A stretch of 64,000 bases of DNA from a virus (taxonomy: Duplodnaviria; Caudoviricetes), in IMG/VR virus record IMGVR_UViG_3300039167_000005, positions 1-64,000 of that record. One strand, 5' to 3'. The translations under genes and the position numbers were made by a program. Below, in pieces: positions 38,430 through 49,300 of the stretch. Below the pieces are notes generated by a model, which worked only from the letters and a program-made list of their open reading frames with translations, was not told the DNA's origin and did not search any database. Positions within the stretch are counted from its first letter, which is position 1; each line of letters opens with the position of its first letter.

Positions 38430-40838
38430 GTGGCTCTGAAGTATGTAGTAAAGAATGACGGCAGTACTCAAGATTTCTGCCCAGACAAGCTGAATAAATG
38501 GGCACAGTATGCAACTAAGACTGGGGGTAGTTGGTCAGAGATTGCTCTGGCCACATACAAGCGACTCCCAGAGACAGCGAAAACTTCTGACATCCACCAG
38601 ACAATGATTAATGTCTGTCTAGATAAGGAAGATATTAACTTCTCTCGGATTGCAGCACGGCTGATGGTCGCTACGATTCGTAAGGGCATGGAGCGACAGG
38701 TTGGTGTTACAGATCGCCACTCTTTTAAAGAAATCTACGATGCCCTGATCTCTAAAAATGTATGGGATTCTGAAACTCTTCCGACTTACAACCCTTTGTG
38801 GGAAAGCTGGTATCAAGAGATTTATAACGAGCAGCTTGAGTATTGGCAGATTGCCCAATGGTACGACAAGTACGCCTTGAAGGTGAACGATGTTGTTGTA
38901 GAGACCCCCCACATTGGTTGCCTCGGGATGGCTCTTGCATTACACGGTGATACACAACTAGCTTTTGATCTGGCGAAGTCTTTGGTTAAAGGTCAGTACA
39001 ACCTTCCGACTCCAGCACTGAACGGGATGCGTAATGGCGATTTCAACACCATCTCATGTTGCGTGATTACTGGCGGCGACAGCATGGAGAGTATCGGCGT
39101 TGCCCAGCACATCGCCTACACCATGACAGCAAAGAAAGCTGGTATTGGTTTGGAGATGGATACTCGGTCGAAGGGTGCGGATGTTAAAGCTGGTAAAGTG
39201 AAGCACCTTGGTAAGCATCCAATCTTCTCTGCTGTTGATAAGCTTGTGAAGGAAATGACTCAGATTACTCGTGGTGGCTCTGCAACTGTTACGTACAAGT
39301 GCATTGACCCAGAAGTGGAGAGCATGATCCTTTGGAAAACTCAGCGAGTAGATATCGAAACTCGATTGGATAAGTTGGATTTCAGCTTCGCATACAATGA
39401 TGCTTTCCTACAGGCTGTAGTAAGTGATGGTGATTGGTATCTGTTCGACTTGAAGGATGCTCCTGAAGTACACAGTGCTTTCTATGTAGAAGATGCAGAT
39501 CAATACAAATCTATTGCTGAGAAAGCTGTTAATGCAGGAGTGAAGCATAAAGCAGTAAAGGCTCGGGAGATTTTGAAACTCTTCCTCACCGCTCGAAATG
39601 AGACTGGTCGGGTGTATAGTATCAACGTAACTCGTGCAAACAAGCACACTCCGTTTGAAGATGTGGTACGACTCTCTAATCTGTGAAATTTGACGCAGCG
39701 TCACATAGTAATGTGTGAATGAAAATCATGTGAACTCAGGGAAAGCTAAGGGACAGATTGTTCTATGCCAATCCTGATCCAAGCCTCTAACGAGGAAGGA
39801 GCAGAGACTATCCCGCAAGGGAGTAGGTTGTAAGCACAACCGAAGCGCATGACGCCCTTTACAGGGTGATGATATAGTCCGACACTCAGGGAAACCTGAG
39901 AGAAGCCTAGCGAACTTCATAACAGTAAAGGTCAAGAGATTTGTCTACCAACCAAACCATATGTTGATATGCGAGATTTGTACTCAGAGGAGTCTGTAGG
40001 GGAGACAGCTTTCTGTGTTCTCTCTGCAATCAATGTAGCGAAGGTTTCCAAGGAAGAATATGAGCATGTTGCAGAAGTAGCTGTACGCACCGTGGATGCT
40101 TTGATTGATAAAGCGCCTATGATGGCGGTATCCATGGAGCAATCAATTCGGAAGCGCCGTAGTGTGGGTGTAGGTATTACTGGACTAGCCTCATCCTTGT
40201 ACAAACAGTGGATGGATTACGATGGTAAAGAGTCTTCTCTGTCCTACACGTCAGAGTTGGCTGAGATGCACTACTACTATCTACTGAAAGCTTCTCAAAA
40301 GATGTCTGAGGAATCTGGAGAGTTTGCAGTGGGTGTGGATTTCAACTGGCTTCCAGTAGACACAGCAGTAAACGAATACATCCCCAAGATGGATTGGGAA
40401 GCTCTGCGAGGTAAGCAGCGTAAACACAGCGTGCTTGTTGCTCACATGCCTACGGAGTCTAGTGCTATTTTCAGTGGTAGTTCTAATGGCCTGTACCCAA
40501 TCCGAGAGAAAGTGATTAATAAGAAGTCCCGCAAGGGGGTGGTACAGTACATTTGCAACGAATGGATGAGTAATAAGTATGCGTGGGATGTTGACAACAT
40601 CACACTGAGCCGCTACTATGGCCGTATTCAGGACTTCACGGACCAAGGTATTAGTGCAGACTACTACTTTGACCCAAGTAAGTACCCGGACGAGAAGAAG
40701 CCTCTGAGCGAGCTGATGCGGGAATGGGTGGCACAAGCCAAGCTTGGTAACAAGACCCAATACTACGTTAACACCCGAGATTTCAATGGTGGCGGCATTC
40801 AAGACCAAGGAATTGATTGCGAATCCTGTAAGCTCTAA
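38430..40838 (+). CDS. nrdA: Class Ia ribonucleotide reductase alpha subunit, spliced join(38430..39684,39931..40838)
   Basis: N-terminal ATP-cone; LPTP..N; RGGS; exon joining restores RLSNLCQEI; GVGITG; MPTESS; C-terminal CESC. Confidence 0.95.
39685..39930 (+). ncRNA. ORF-less group I intron (IA2-like), 246 nt
   Basis: Exon CUGU pairs with IGS GCAG (U-G at the splice site); P10 UUGAC/GUCAA; terminal G; P3 UCAUGUG/CGCAUGA; P7 GACUA/UAGUC; P7.1 and P7.2 hairpins; GNRA loops. Confidence 0.95.
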
Positions 40839-40847
40839 GATACACAA

Positions 40848-40870
40848 GGGAGGCCCGTCCTCCCCTTTTA
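40848..40870 (+). terminator. Putative intrinsic terminator
   Basis: GGGAGG-CCCGT-CCTCCC-CTTTT. Confidence 0.6.
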
Positions 40871-40888
40871 AAGATTTAAGGAGAAGTA

Positions 40889-41962
40889 ATGACTGTTTTT
40901 AATAGTAAAAATCGCGGGTATGTGGAATCAAAGTACCCCCTCTTTCTTGGGCAGCAGCTTGGCCTGGTGGACACTATCCGTGTAAACTACCCTGAGTTGG
41001 AGGAGTTGTACCAAAAGCAAGTGAGTCAGATTTGGAACGAGACTGAAGTAAGTCTTGTGCAAGATAAACAAGATATGCTAGTCACATCAAAAGATACTGT
41101 CGATCTGATGGTTAAGACAATCTCTTGGCAACACCTTGCGGACTCGGTAGCCTCTCGTTCTATCTCTGGTTTATTGCTACCTCATATCACCAACCCCGAA
41201 CTGGAAATGCTGGTGAACGTGTGGAGTTTCTTTGAAACCATCCATGCCCGCACCTACTCTCATATCGTTAAGCAGACGTTCATTGATCCTGTGGCTGCAC
41301 TTGATGAAACTTACTGCAGCACAGAAACCCTGATCCGCAGTGAGAATATTGTAGCAGCATTTGATCGCTTGCAAAACATTCCAAAGGATGCCCCTGACGG
41401 AGAGAAGCGACAAGCTATTGTCCTTGCATTCTCTGCGTTGTTTGCCCTGGAAGCTATTGCATTCATGAGCAGTTTTGCTGTGACGTTTGGTATTGCCGAG
41501 ACTGGCGTGTTCCAAGGGATCGGTCAACTCGTTACGCTTATCTGCCGCGATGAGCTTCTACACACTCGCATGGACTACGCAATCCTGAAGATTCTGAAGA
41601 ATGATCCTCAGTGGAAGCAGACTATTGCAGAGATGAGTGGCGAGATTAAAGATGTGCTGGATGCTGTAGTTAAGCAGGAGCTTGAATGGGCAGACTACTT
41701 GTTCAGTGAGGGTCGTCAGGTTGTAGGTTTGACCGCTGAGCTATTGAAGGAATACACCCTCTATATGTCCAAGCCTGTGTATGACTCAATGGGTATTTCA
41801 TTCGACTTTGAAGTGATTAAGGAGAACCCTTGTCCTTACATGGAAAAGTACATTGACAGCTCCAAGGTGCAGGTAGCGGCTCAGGAGCTGCAACTGACAG
41901 CCTATAAGATCGGGGCTATCAAGGATGACTCCGAGAACATTGACCTAGACTTTGACCTGTAA
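40889..41962 (+). CDS. nrdB: Ribonucleotide reductase beta subunit
   Basis: WNETEV, DSV, ETIHARTY, LEAIAFMSSF, RDELLH di-iron ligands. Confidence 0.95.
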   Translation: MTVFNSKNRGYVESKYPLFLGQQLGLVDTIRVNYPELEELYQKQVSQIWNETEVSLVQDKQDMLVTSKDTVDLMVKTISWQHLADSVASRSISGLLLPHITNPELEMLVNVWSFFETIHARTYSHIVKQTFIDPVAALDETYCSTETLIRSENIVAAFDRLQNIPKDAPDGEKRQAIVLAFSALFALEAIAFMSSFAVTFGIAETGVFQGIGQLVTLICRDELLHTRMDYAILKILKNDPQWKQTIAEMSGEIKDVLDAVVKQELEWADYLFSEGRQVVGLTAELLKEYTLYMSKPVYDSMGISFDFEVIKENPCPYMEKYIDSSKVQVAAQELQLTAYKIGAIKDDSENIDLDFDL

Positions 41963-41971
41963 GGAGAAAGG

Positions 41972-42190
41972 ATGTACGTTGTATACGGTAAACCAAACTG
42001 CGCTTTCTGTGAGCAAGCCAAGATGCTATTGACTGCAAAAGGGCAAGACTTCACTTATGTGGATGTGTCTCAGGATGTAGAAGCAATGTCTAGGCTTCAA
42101 GAGATCGGTGCTCGTACAGTACCTCAGATATTCTTTGACGGCGAACTGATCGGCGGTTTCACCCATCTTCGTAATAAACTGGTCCAATGA
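41972..42190 (+). CDS. Glutaredoxin
   Basis: CAFC, TVPQIF, IGGF. Confidence 0.9.
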   Translation: MYVVYGKPNCAFCEQAKMLLTAKGQDFTYVDVSQDVEAMSRLQEIGARTVPQIFFDGELIGGFTHLRNKLVQ

Positions 42191-42193
42191 GGC

Positions 42194-42259
42194 TTGACAC
42201 GGCAATAAAATCCTGAGACACTAAGCCCATGCTTCTTCGGAGGTGTGGGCTTTTCTTTT
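42194..42259 (+). terminator. Terminator overlapped by the next promoter
   Basis: TTGACA-17-GACACT overlapping GCCCATGCTTC-TTCG-GAGGTGTGGGC-TTTTCTTTT. Confidence 0.75.
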
Positions 42260-42277
42260 AATAGGAGGAAATTATAA

Positions 42278-42973
42278 ATGGCACTGAAATATTACCGTAA
42301 ACAGGCTGCGTGGAATTACTGGTCCAACTCTCGTTTCTCCAAATGGCTCCGCACCAAAGCGGGACTTGATAATCCCACAGCTCTTAGCTTTGAAGGTTGG
42401 GACGAGTATGAGAAGGATTGCAAACAGAGAGCACCCTTCACCTATTGGCTCACTGACACTGCGTTTGACAAACTACAAAATGTCGTGTACTTTATCCCTA
42501 ACCTGTTCTACTCTGTAGGCGTGTTCTATAAGAACTGGAAGTGTAATTCCCACGTACTCAGTGGAAACCTCCCTGTAGGGGAGTGGTGTGATCTGAGTAA
42601 TCGAATTCCGGTGTGCCTTTTCACTTCTCTAGAGCGCTTCATTGAGGATGAGAAGGGACTCGATACGCTTGCTTGGGAGCTGAGTGATGATCTGAAGGAA
42701 GACTGTCTCTGGCAACACGAGGCTGCTCTGGAACAGAAGGCGATCTACGAGTGGTGGAAGGTTAATAAAGATCGAGACACTTTCGTTGACAGTGGTCTAC
42801 AAGACTACTATTATAGTAAGATTGAGAAGGGTGAGAACCTGTTTAGTCATATAGGCGATCCTGAGTGGAAAGAACTCAGCGCGAAGCAGAGTCAAATGGA
42901 AAAGCAATTCAAAACCGAAGAGGAAGATATGCTGATCCGTCTCATTAAAATTCGTAACACATTATGGAGTTAA
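42278..42973 (+). CDS. Conserved phage hypothetical protein
   Basis: 231-aa Trp-rich ORF ending LIRLIKIRNTLWS. Confidence 0.7.
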   Translation: MALKYYRKQAAWNYWSNSRFSKWLRTKAGLDNPTALSFEGWDEYEKDCKQRAPFTYWLTDTAFDKLQNVVYFIPNLFYSVGVFYKNWKCNSHVLSGNLPVGEWCDLSNRIPVCLFTSLERFIEDEKGLDTLAWELSDDLKEDCLWQHEAALEQKAIYEWWKVNKDRDTFVDSGLQDYYYSKIEKGENLFSHIGDPEWKELSAKQSQMEKQFKTEEEDMLIRLIKIRNTLWS

Positions 42974-42986
42974 GAGGAGAATAAAT

Positions 42987-43163
42987 ATGTGGGCGCTAAT
43001 TCTGGCAATCTATGTGAGTGATACCTCCGTAGCAGTATCCTCCCAAACCATCCAAGGCTTTTCATCTCAGCAGGACTGTGAAGTTGCTGGCAAGCGTGTA
43101 CTAGACTTGTCACGAGGGCACAGGAGAGCTAACGTGATTTATACGTGCGTGCAGGTGAAATGA
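42987..43163 (+). CDS. Small exported protein with two Cys (58 aa)
   Basis: MWALILAIY signal-like start, FSSQQDCE..., YTCV. Confidence 0.55.
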   Translation: MWALILAIYVSDTSVAVSSQTIQGFSSQQDCEVAGKRVLDLSRGHRRANVIYTCVQVK

Positions 43164-43333
43164 GTTGTTGACCAGAGGCAGAGGACTTGATATCATCTCA
43201 TCACACAAACACAGAGGACTCGATAATGTCTCTTAAAGCTCAAAAGATGGTCTGTTTCATCTTGTACATGGGACTATTGCTTGCAGCTCATCAGGCTGCC
43301 ACAATGCTTCACAACACCATTTAAGGAGAAATT

Positions 43334-44010
43334 GTGATGAACAAAGAACAAACCCTGAAAGCTATTGAAGTGATGCAGGCTTACGTAGATGGGAAGAAGA
43401 TTCAGGTGACGCCACCTCGGAATCAACTACTCATAGGGATTGCTGCTGAACAGTGGATAGACATCGATAACCCATCTTGGGAGTGGCGGCTCGTGGATTA
43501 CCGTGTAAAACCTGTATCCAAACCTTCTATCATTTGGGACCATGTACATCCCGATTATAAATACCTGTTTACGGAATCTAATGGCAGCTCCTACCTCGTA
43601 GCGTCAGAGCCGACACTAAGTAGTGCATACTGGCTCATTGATGCTGAGGACGAGTATTACGTGAAAGCGGAAGGTTTCGCATCTTTCATCCCCGGAGATT
43701 GCGATTGGAAAGAATCGCTTGTACAACGCCCTGAAAGCGTGTAAACTTATAGCAACATTAATAAGACAGGAGAAACAACATGGAACTTGATATTCGCACC
43801 AATCAAGCAGAAGAAATCACTGTTCTTCGTTTTGCAGACGATGGCGGTAATTACCATACAGCGAGTGGTATTCTGCGCCTCGGTGATTGGAGTGTTGCGG
43901 TGATTGATATCGAAGCGGAGCGTGATCTCCGAATCTTTTCAGAAGGACATGCCCTAAATCTAATCAAAGCTCTGAACAAGGCGATTGAGCTTGGTTGGTT
44001 TAAGGAGTAG
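43334..44010 (+). other. Two hypothetical CDSs (43334-43744, 43780-44010)
   Basis: AGGAG RBSs; first is a paralogue of 28646-29153. Confidence 0.6.
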
Positions 44011-44015
44011 AATAA

Positions 44016-44189
44016 ATGAAGTTGGGATTTCTTAGCACACTCACACTGATTTTCATCACACTGAAGCTCACAAACGTCATTGCGTGGAGTTGGTGGTGGG
44101 TTCTTGGTCTTCTGTGGATTGTTACAGTAGCACTTGTGTTTCTCTGGTGCGTTATGATCTTTCTCAGAGTGGTTATTGCTGTTCGTTAA
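44016..44189 (+). CDS. Small two-TM membrane protein
   Basis: MKLGFLSTLTLIFITLKLTNVIAWSWWWVLG..., a widespread phage membrane-protein pattern. Confidence 0.65.
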   Translation: MKLGFLSTLTLIFITLKLTNVIAWSWWWVLGLLWIVTVALVFLWCVMIFLRVVIAVR

Positions 44190-44716
44190 TTAAAGGAGAA
44201 ATAGTCCTAGAACGTTAAAATCAAAGCCCCGAATGTGTGAAAAGAGGAAAATTCTTCTTGACATGCTCCGGGGCTTTGTCGTATCTTATACACATCAAAA
44301 CAAACAGTGGAGGGCTTGGTATGTCAGAAAAGTTTCAGAATTGGAAAGAAAAAGGAATGGTTTACAACCGCCTCAATGTAATCAGAAAACACAAAGAACT
44401 TATGGAAATCCTCAATCAAGATGCGCTAGACTTAGAGGACATCCGCCACGTTTTAAAGGTTTTGGTCTTGGAAGTAATCCCTGTCTCCGAACTCGAACTA
44501 AAGGTTTATGACGAGTGTTAGGCTGGAACAAAGACCCTCATTACAAAAACATCTACTATTGCCTAGACTCTATTGTAAAAGCACCGACACAACGTACATT
44601 GGCGTGGTATCAAGGAATGTTGCAAGGGTATCTTATAGGGAAGGGTGTACCAATCTTAGAAGAAATTCGTGTAAGGCAACTGATGACCGTTTTGGCGGGC
44701 AAGAGAATGTTCCAGC

Positions 44717-45091
44717 TTGAGAGGAGTGGAGAGTGTGAAACATCTTGACTATTGCTTGCAAAAAGCCAGAGAAATCCCATACGTTAGACACCAACAACGA
44801 CACTACGCTATTGTAGTGGATAAGCGAGGGAAGATTGTATCTGAGGGGTTTAACTCGTATTCTTGTACTCATCCGACCATGAAGAACCTGAGTCAAAAGT
44901 TAGGAGTTGATGGGAAAGAGTACAGACATGCAGAATTCCACGCTGTCCTAAAAGATAAGAGGAATCGAGGGCATTCTTTGTATGTGGCTAGAGTTGGAGC
45001 TAATGGTAAGCCAATGCCGTCTAGTCCATGCTTGGTTTGCTACTCGTTGATTAAGTCAAAGAAGAACATTAAGCAAATCTACTGGACCTGA
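44717..45091 (+). CDS. Zinc-dependent cytidine/deoxycytidylate deaminase-like protein
   Basis: HYAIVV...GFN...HAE...SSPCLVC. Confidence 0.8.
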   Translation: MRGVESVKHLDYCLQKAREIPYVRHQQRHYAIVVDKRGKIVSEGFNSYSCTHPTMKNLSQKLGVDGKEYRHAEFHAVLKDKRNRGHSLYVARVGANGKPMPSSPCLVCYSLIKSKKNIKQIYWT

Positions 45092-45124
45092 GACGCTTAG
45101 GACTTGATGTCTTTGCTATAAACT

Positions 45125-45283
45125 CCCCCAAATGGCTAAAGTGTACTTGGACTCGATAAGTGCTTTTGCCATGCTGAACAGCTTGCTTTGGTGAGAGCTA
45201 GAGGGAAAGGTTGTAAATTGTTTGTGGTTAGGGTTGACAGCAGTAAGGAAATGATGAAGAATACCATTTCAACAACAAATTAA
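45125..45283 (+). pseudogene. Fragment of a second deaminase paralogue
   Basis: PQMAK / VLGLDKCFCHAEQLALVRARGKGCKLFVVRVD, with a frameshift and no PCxxC; aligns to HPTMKNL...HAEFHAV...LYVARVG upstream. Confidence 0.6.
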
Positions 45284-45333
45284 GGAGACATTTTAAATGG
45301 CAAAGCTTGTAGAGATTTTTAATAGAGGAGATT

Positions 45334-46011
45334 ATGAGTAGAAGGAAAACAAAATTGGTACACGGAGTAGGCATTAATGATGCAGATTATATTGTAGCAA
45401 CTAGGCGAAAAGATGGCTATACATATACGTGTCCCATATATGGAACGTGGGTACGTATGCTGGGCAGATGTTTCTATCCGAAGCAAAAGGAACAAAACCC
45501 GTGTTATTTAAATACACATCTGTACGATGACTGGTATAGATTTTCCACATTTAAGGAATGGGTTGAGGGTCAAACATACCTAGATTTGTCAGGCAAGAAG
45601 TTGAACCTAGATAAAGACTTACTTGTACAAGGGAACCAAGAATACTCCCCAGACAAATGTGTATTTGTTCCTGCGAGAATTAATACCCTCTTATTAACGA
45701 ACGGGCGATCTAGAGGGGAGCAACCGATAGGCGTGTATTTACATACCGATAAGAAGTCTAAGCCGTTCAGAGCATCTGTTAACGATAATTTCGACGGAAG
45801 GATTCGTAGTAGTTATTTCGATACAGCCCAAGAAGCCCACGCGTGGTGGCAGAAAGAGAAAGCTAACATAATCCGAGAAGCTATAGACTTATGGAAGGTT
45901 GATCCTGTCCACAAAAATAGCTATAAGGATGACGTGGTCGACGCTATCCTGTCTAGGGCAAGTTTGTTAGATCATCACAGAGCTGAAGGAATTGAGACAA
46001 AGTATTTATAA
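45334..46011 (+). mobile_element. Free-standing HNH-type homing endonuclease gene
   Basis: GVGINDADY...W..ML.RC...W..FS.FK.W...LDKDLL...YSPDKCVFVP..IN; paralogue of 23093-23725. Confidence 0.8.
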
Positions 46012-46075
46012 GGACTCGTCGAACCCTCTAAATAATTAAGACTCGACGGGTTTTCAAAATCCCAAGGACTCGATA
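46010..46075 (+). repeat. Three GACTCG-core repeats at exact 27-bp spacing
   Basis: GACTCG at 46013, 46040 and 46067. Confidence 0.65.
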
Positions 46076-46375
46076 TACTTGCTAGAACCGGATCGAAATT
46101 ATTTAGGACTTGATGCGGAAAATATTCTACACAAATTTGCAGATTTCCGAAGAAATTCTAACGCTTCTTGTGCCAGTCTCCGAGCTTCGTGCCTGTTGGC
46201 TGGCTTTCTTTTGTCCGCTGTTCATGGTGCGGTACGATGCCTGCCTGCAAAAGAATTTGCAATTTTCACTTGACAGCCTCCTAAGATTTGTGTTATTCGC
46301 GCACGCGCGTTCCTTTATCTACCCATCTCCCAGAGATTCCCTAGAAAAGAAAATCTCTTTTTCTTTGAAAAATGC

Positions 46376-49300
46376 TTGACATGTAAGAGCGCCGGCCTTA
46401 ATATCCACCTCAACGAAAACAAACAGATTCAGGAAGCTTTAAAGATGGAAATGTCACGCGAACATTACAACCAGCTCAAAGAAAATTTTGTCAATACTCG
46501 CCACTTAATGAGTGCGGAAGATTGTGAGACGATGAGGGTAAAGTTAAACGCCATCCAAAAGGAATTAGCGTTTAAAGACACTGCACAAGCGTGGAAAGAT
46601 GGAAAAACTATAAATTGCATGGAATTCCTCCGCCTCTGTGATACTCTTGAGGTTAAGATGAGTGCCGTTGTGCGGAAATGGGTCGCCTCGGATATCATCG
46701 AAGTAGGTCACAACTCTTATTCTTGTGTTGGGCGGCTACACAAAACAAAAGAGAAAACCCTTTTGTCGCTGTGCATTGCACTAACATTAAAGGTTTAAAG
46801 ATGACCGCCGTTCTTTTCTCTGATGTTGACAAAGAAAACGAAGACTGTAGAATGGACGCCAACAAGGAACAAAATCGAGGCTCTAATAATGCTGATTTTC
46901 TCGACTACTGACTATCGTCTAGCTTTTCAGGTGCATTACGTTAAGGCCGTGCGTGAAGGCATCAAGTGTAAACTTTCCCGCATTAATGGCGAGTGGCAAG
47001 TGGTGGCTGTATGAAAAAGATGCTTGCATTGGTGGCTTTGTCTGTAGGATTTTCGATTGCAAATGCAACACCGGGAGCACAGTATTCTTATCAGTGGTCA
47101 GTGTCTCCCGCTGTCTGCCCTATGCCTCATACGCAGATGCTTGTCAAGTGCCCGTCTCGTTACGAAGTGACGACAGCGACCACTAGCTGTAAAAAGTTTA
47201 TACCCGTAGATTTGTGCGCTAGCTATTAAGAAAGTCTATCACCTAAGTGAAGACCTATAGAAAACCTTCATTAGACGGAAGCAAAACAGGCTGTAGAATA
47301 GGCTACACGAAAGGCACAAGGCCTTGAATTAAGGAACTAGAAAATGAACAAAATGCAAAAGCTGATCCGTCAAGTTGTGATCTCCTCCGTTGATCTTTCG
47401 GGGCGCGATGGTCAGACTTTGGCACAAGTGTATGACGCCGAATATGGCTATCATGGCCTGCCCACCCCTGAGCGTTGCCGTGACTACCTGCAAGGTTTGC
47501 CGAGTGTTTGCACGGTTCCTTTCATGAATGCCGACATTCTTGCCATTCTGGAAGCTGAAGGCATCACGAAAAAGACAGAAAAAGGTCGGCAAGGTCTGGT
47601 TGACCTGTATTGGCTGGAGGCTGGCAACCAATTCTGGCATCTGATAAAATAATGCTTGACAGGGCGCCGGAAGCTATCTAATATAAACCACGTAACACAG
47701 TCTAGAGTTTAGCAGTCCTAGGCATTTAAACCTAAAACCAAAAGGTGACAAAATGAAACAAGCCAACGCCAAACAATTCGCCAACGATTGGAGCTACGAG
47801 CAAGAGCGACGCCAAGAGAAAAAGCGTCACACTGAGTTTCGTAAGATGCGGCAAAGTAAGCGTAACGTGTGGCAGGCGGCAGAATAAGCTAAGCTGTAAA
47901 ATGCAAGGCCCGGCTTGTGTCGGGCTTTCTTTTGTCTGAAATATAAGGCTAGATTATGGGTGAGCGTCTTTATATTGTACCGACTTGGGTAGGTGCTGCC
48001 TCCGATCAATACCATGGCGGGGCGGGGATTCGTAGACGGGACGGCGGTGGGTCTGTAGGTCTGTCTTATGACAAATCTACGGGGGAAATTTATAGTGAGA
48101 CGGACCTATATAAACCCAACGGCGCTGCAAACGTTGCTTTGTTCGGGCAAATTGACGAAACAAAAGCCGCACTAGGCCGGCTCTGGAAAGCATCGAAGCA
48201 AAAGCGTATCGACATTGACACACTAGACGAATTGTGCGAGCTATTGCACAAACATTCCCTAGACGTTAGTCCCGACGATTATGCTCACTTACACTATCAG
48301 TTAGAGTCGAAGCGTCATGCCTCCTTTATGGCTAGCCTCTCGCCAGATGAAAGGGAGGAAGTAGAAAAGGAGGAGCAGCTAGAGTACGTCAAAGCACACG
48401 CTGATAAACACCCTTTGTTGGCGCTTTCGCTGGGGATTCAACCTAGCCTACAGACTATCAGGCAGCTAGAGCGGGAAGGCTTCCTAGCGCCTTCTGGTGG
48501 GCTTGCAAACGTCGATTGGTGGGAGCTAGTAAAGACGGTTGGCGGTTGGCTGTTGATTGTTCTAGTGGCGTGGAAAATATTTTCTCTTTGACTATTGACA
48601 GACTCTCGCAAGGCTGTAGAATGGCAGCCACAAGGGAGACAATCAGCCTCCCAGCCTAAAGGAAAGCGAGAATGAAAACCTTCCATATCTACATTACCGA
48701 CCTGTTTTGTGGTGAACTGAATTATTCCAGTCTCACGAAATTCAAGGTGACAGCCAACACCGAGCGCGGGGCTGTTTGCAAAGTTTCCAAATATACATGC
48801 CTGAATTTCCGCAAATACGATTCCGACCTCTATCACAGCACCACAAAGCTCTCGGGGCTTGTAATTGAATCTGAAGATTTCCTTTCCTATGACTACGAAG
48901 GCGCGATTGAAATTTAAAGCTTGACACCCTAGGCGGTGGTCTTCATACTGTCGCCATCCTAAACAGAATCAAAACAGGAATAAAGAAAATGTCTGACGCA
49001 AAGAACCAAGCAAAAGCCCATGTAAAATCTATCGTTTCCCTCATCCAATGCCTGAATTGGGATTGGGACGGGCACGACGTGGAAGATGAACTCCCGCACC
49101 CTCTTGACTATCAATCCCGCGAGGAAGTGGAACAAGCCATCCAAGAAAAGCCGCTTTCGGTGGAAGTGCGAGAGCATTGGCACGCAGTAGGAGAAAAGGT
49201 TGAAGCTGTAGAATTCCGCATTCTCCTATGCTGGGGCGGGCCTTCTGTCGAAATTCGAGGCGTACTTGGTTTGCATGGGCATCCGGAAAACGTCAAAGTA

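Noticed and set aside
40281-40847. Long antisense ORFs opposite nrdA, polymerase and helicase (e.g. 40281-40847, 25227-25688, 22293-22790)
   Set aside because: Shadow frames of well-supported genes, without RBS or motifs.
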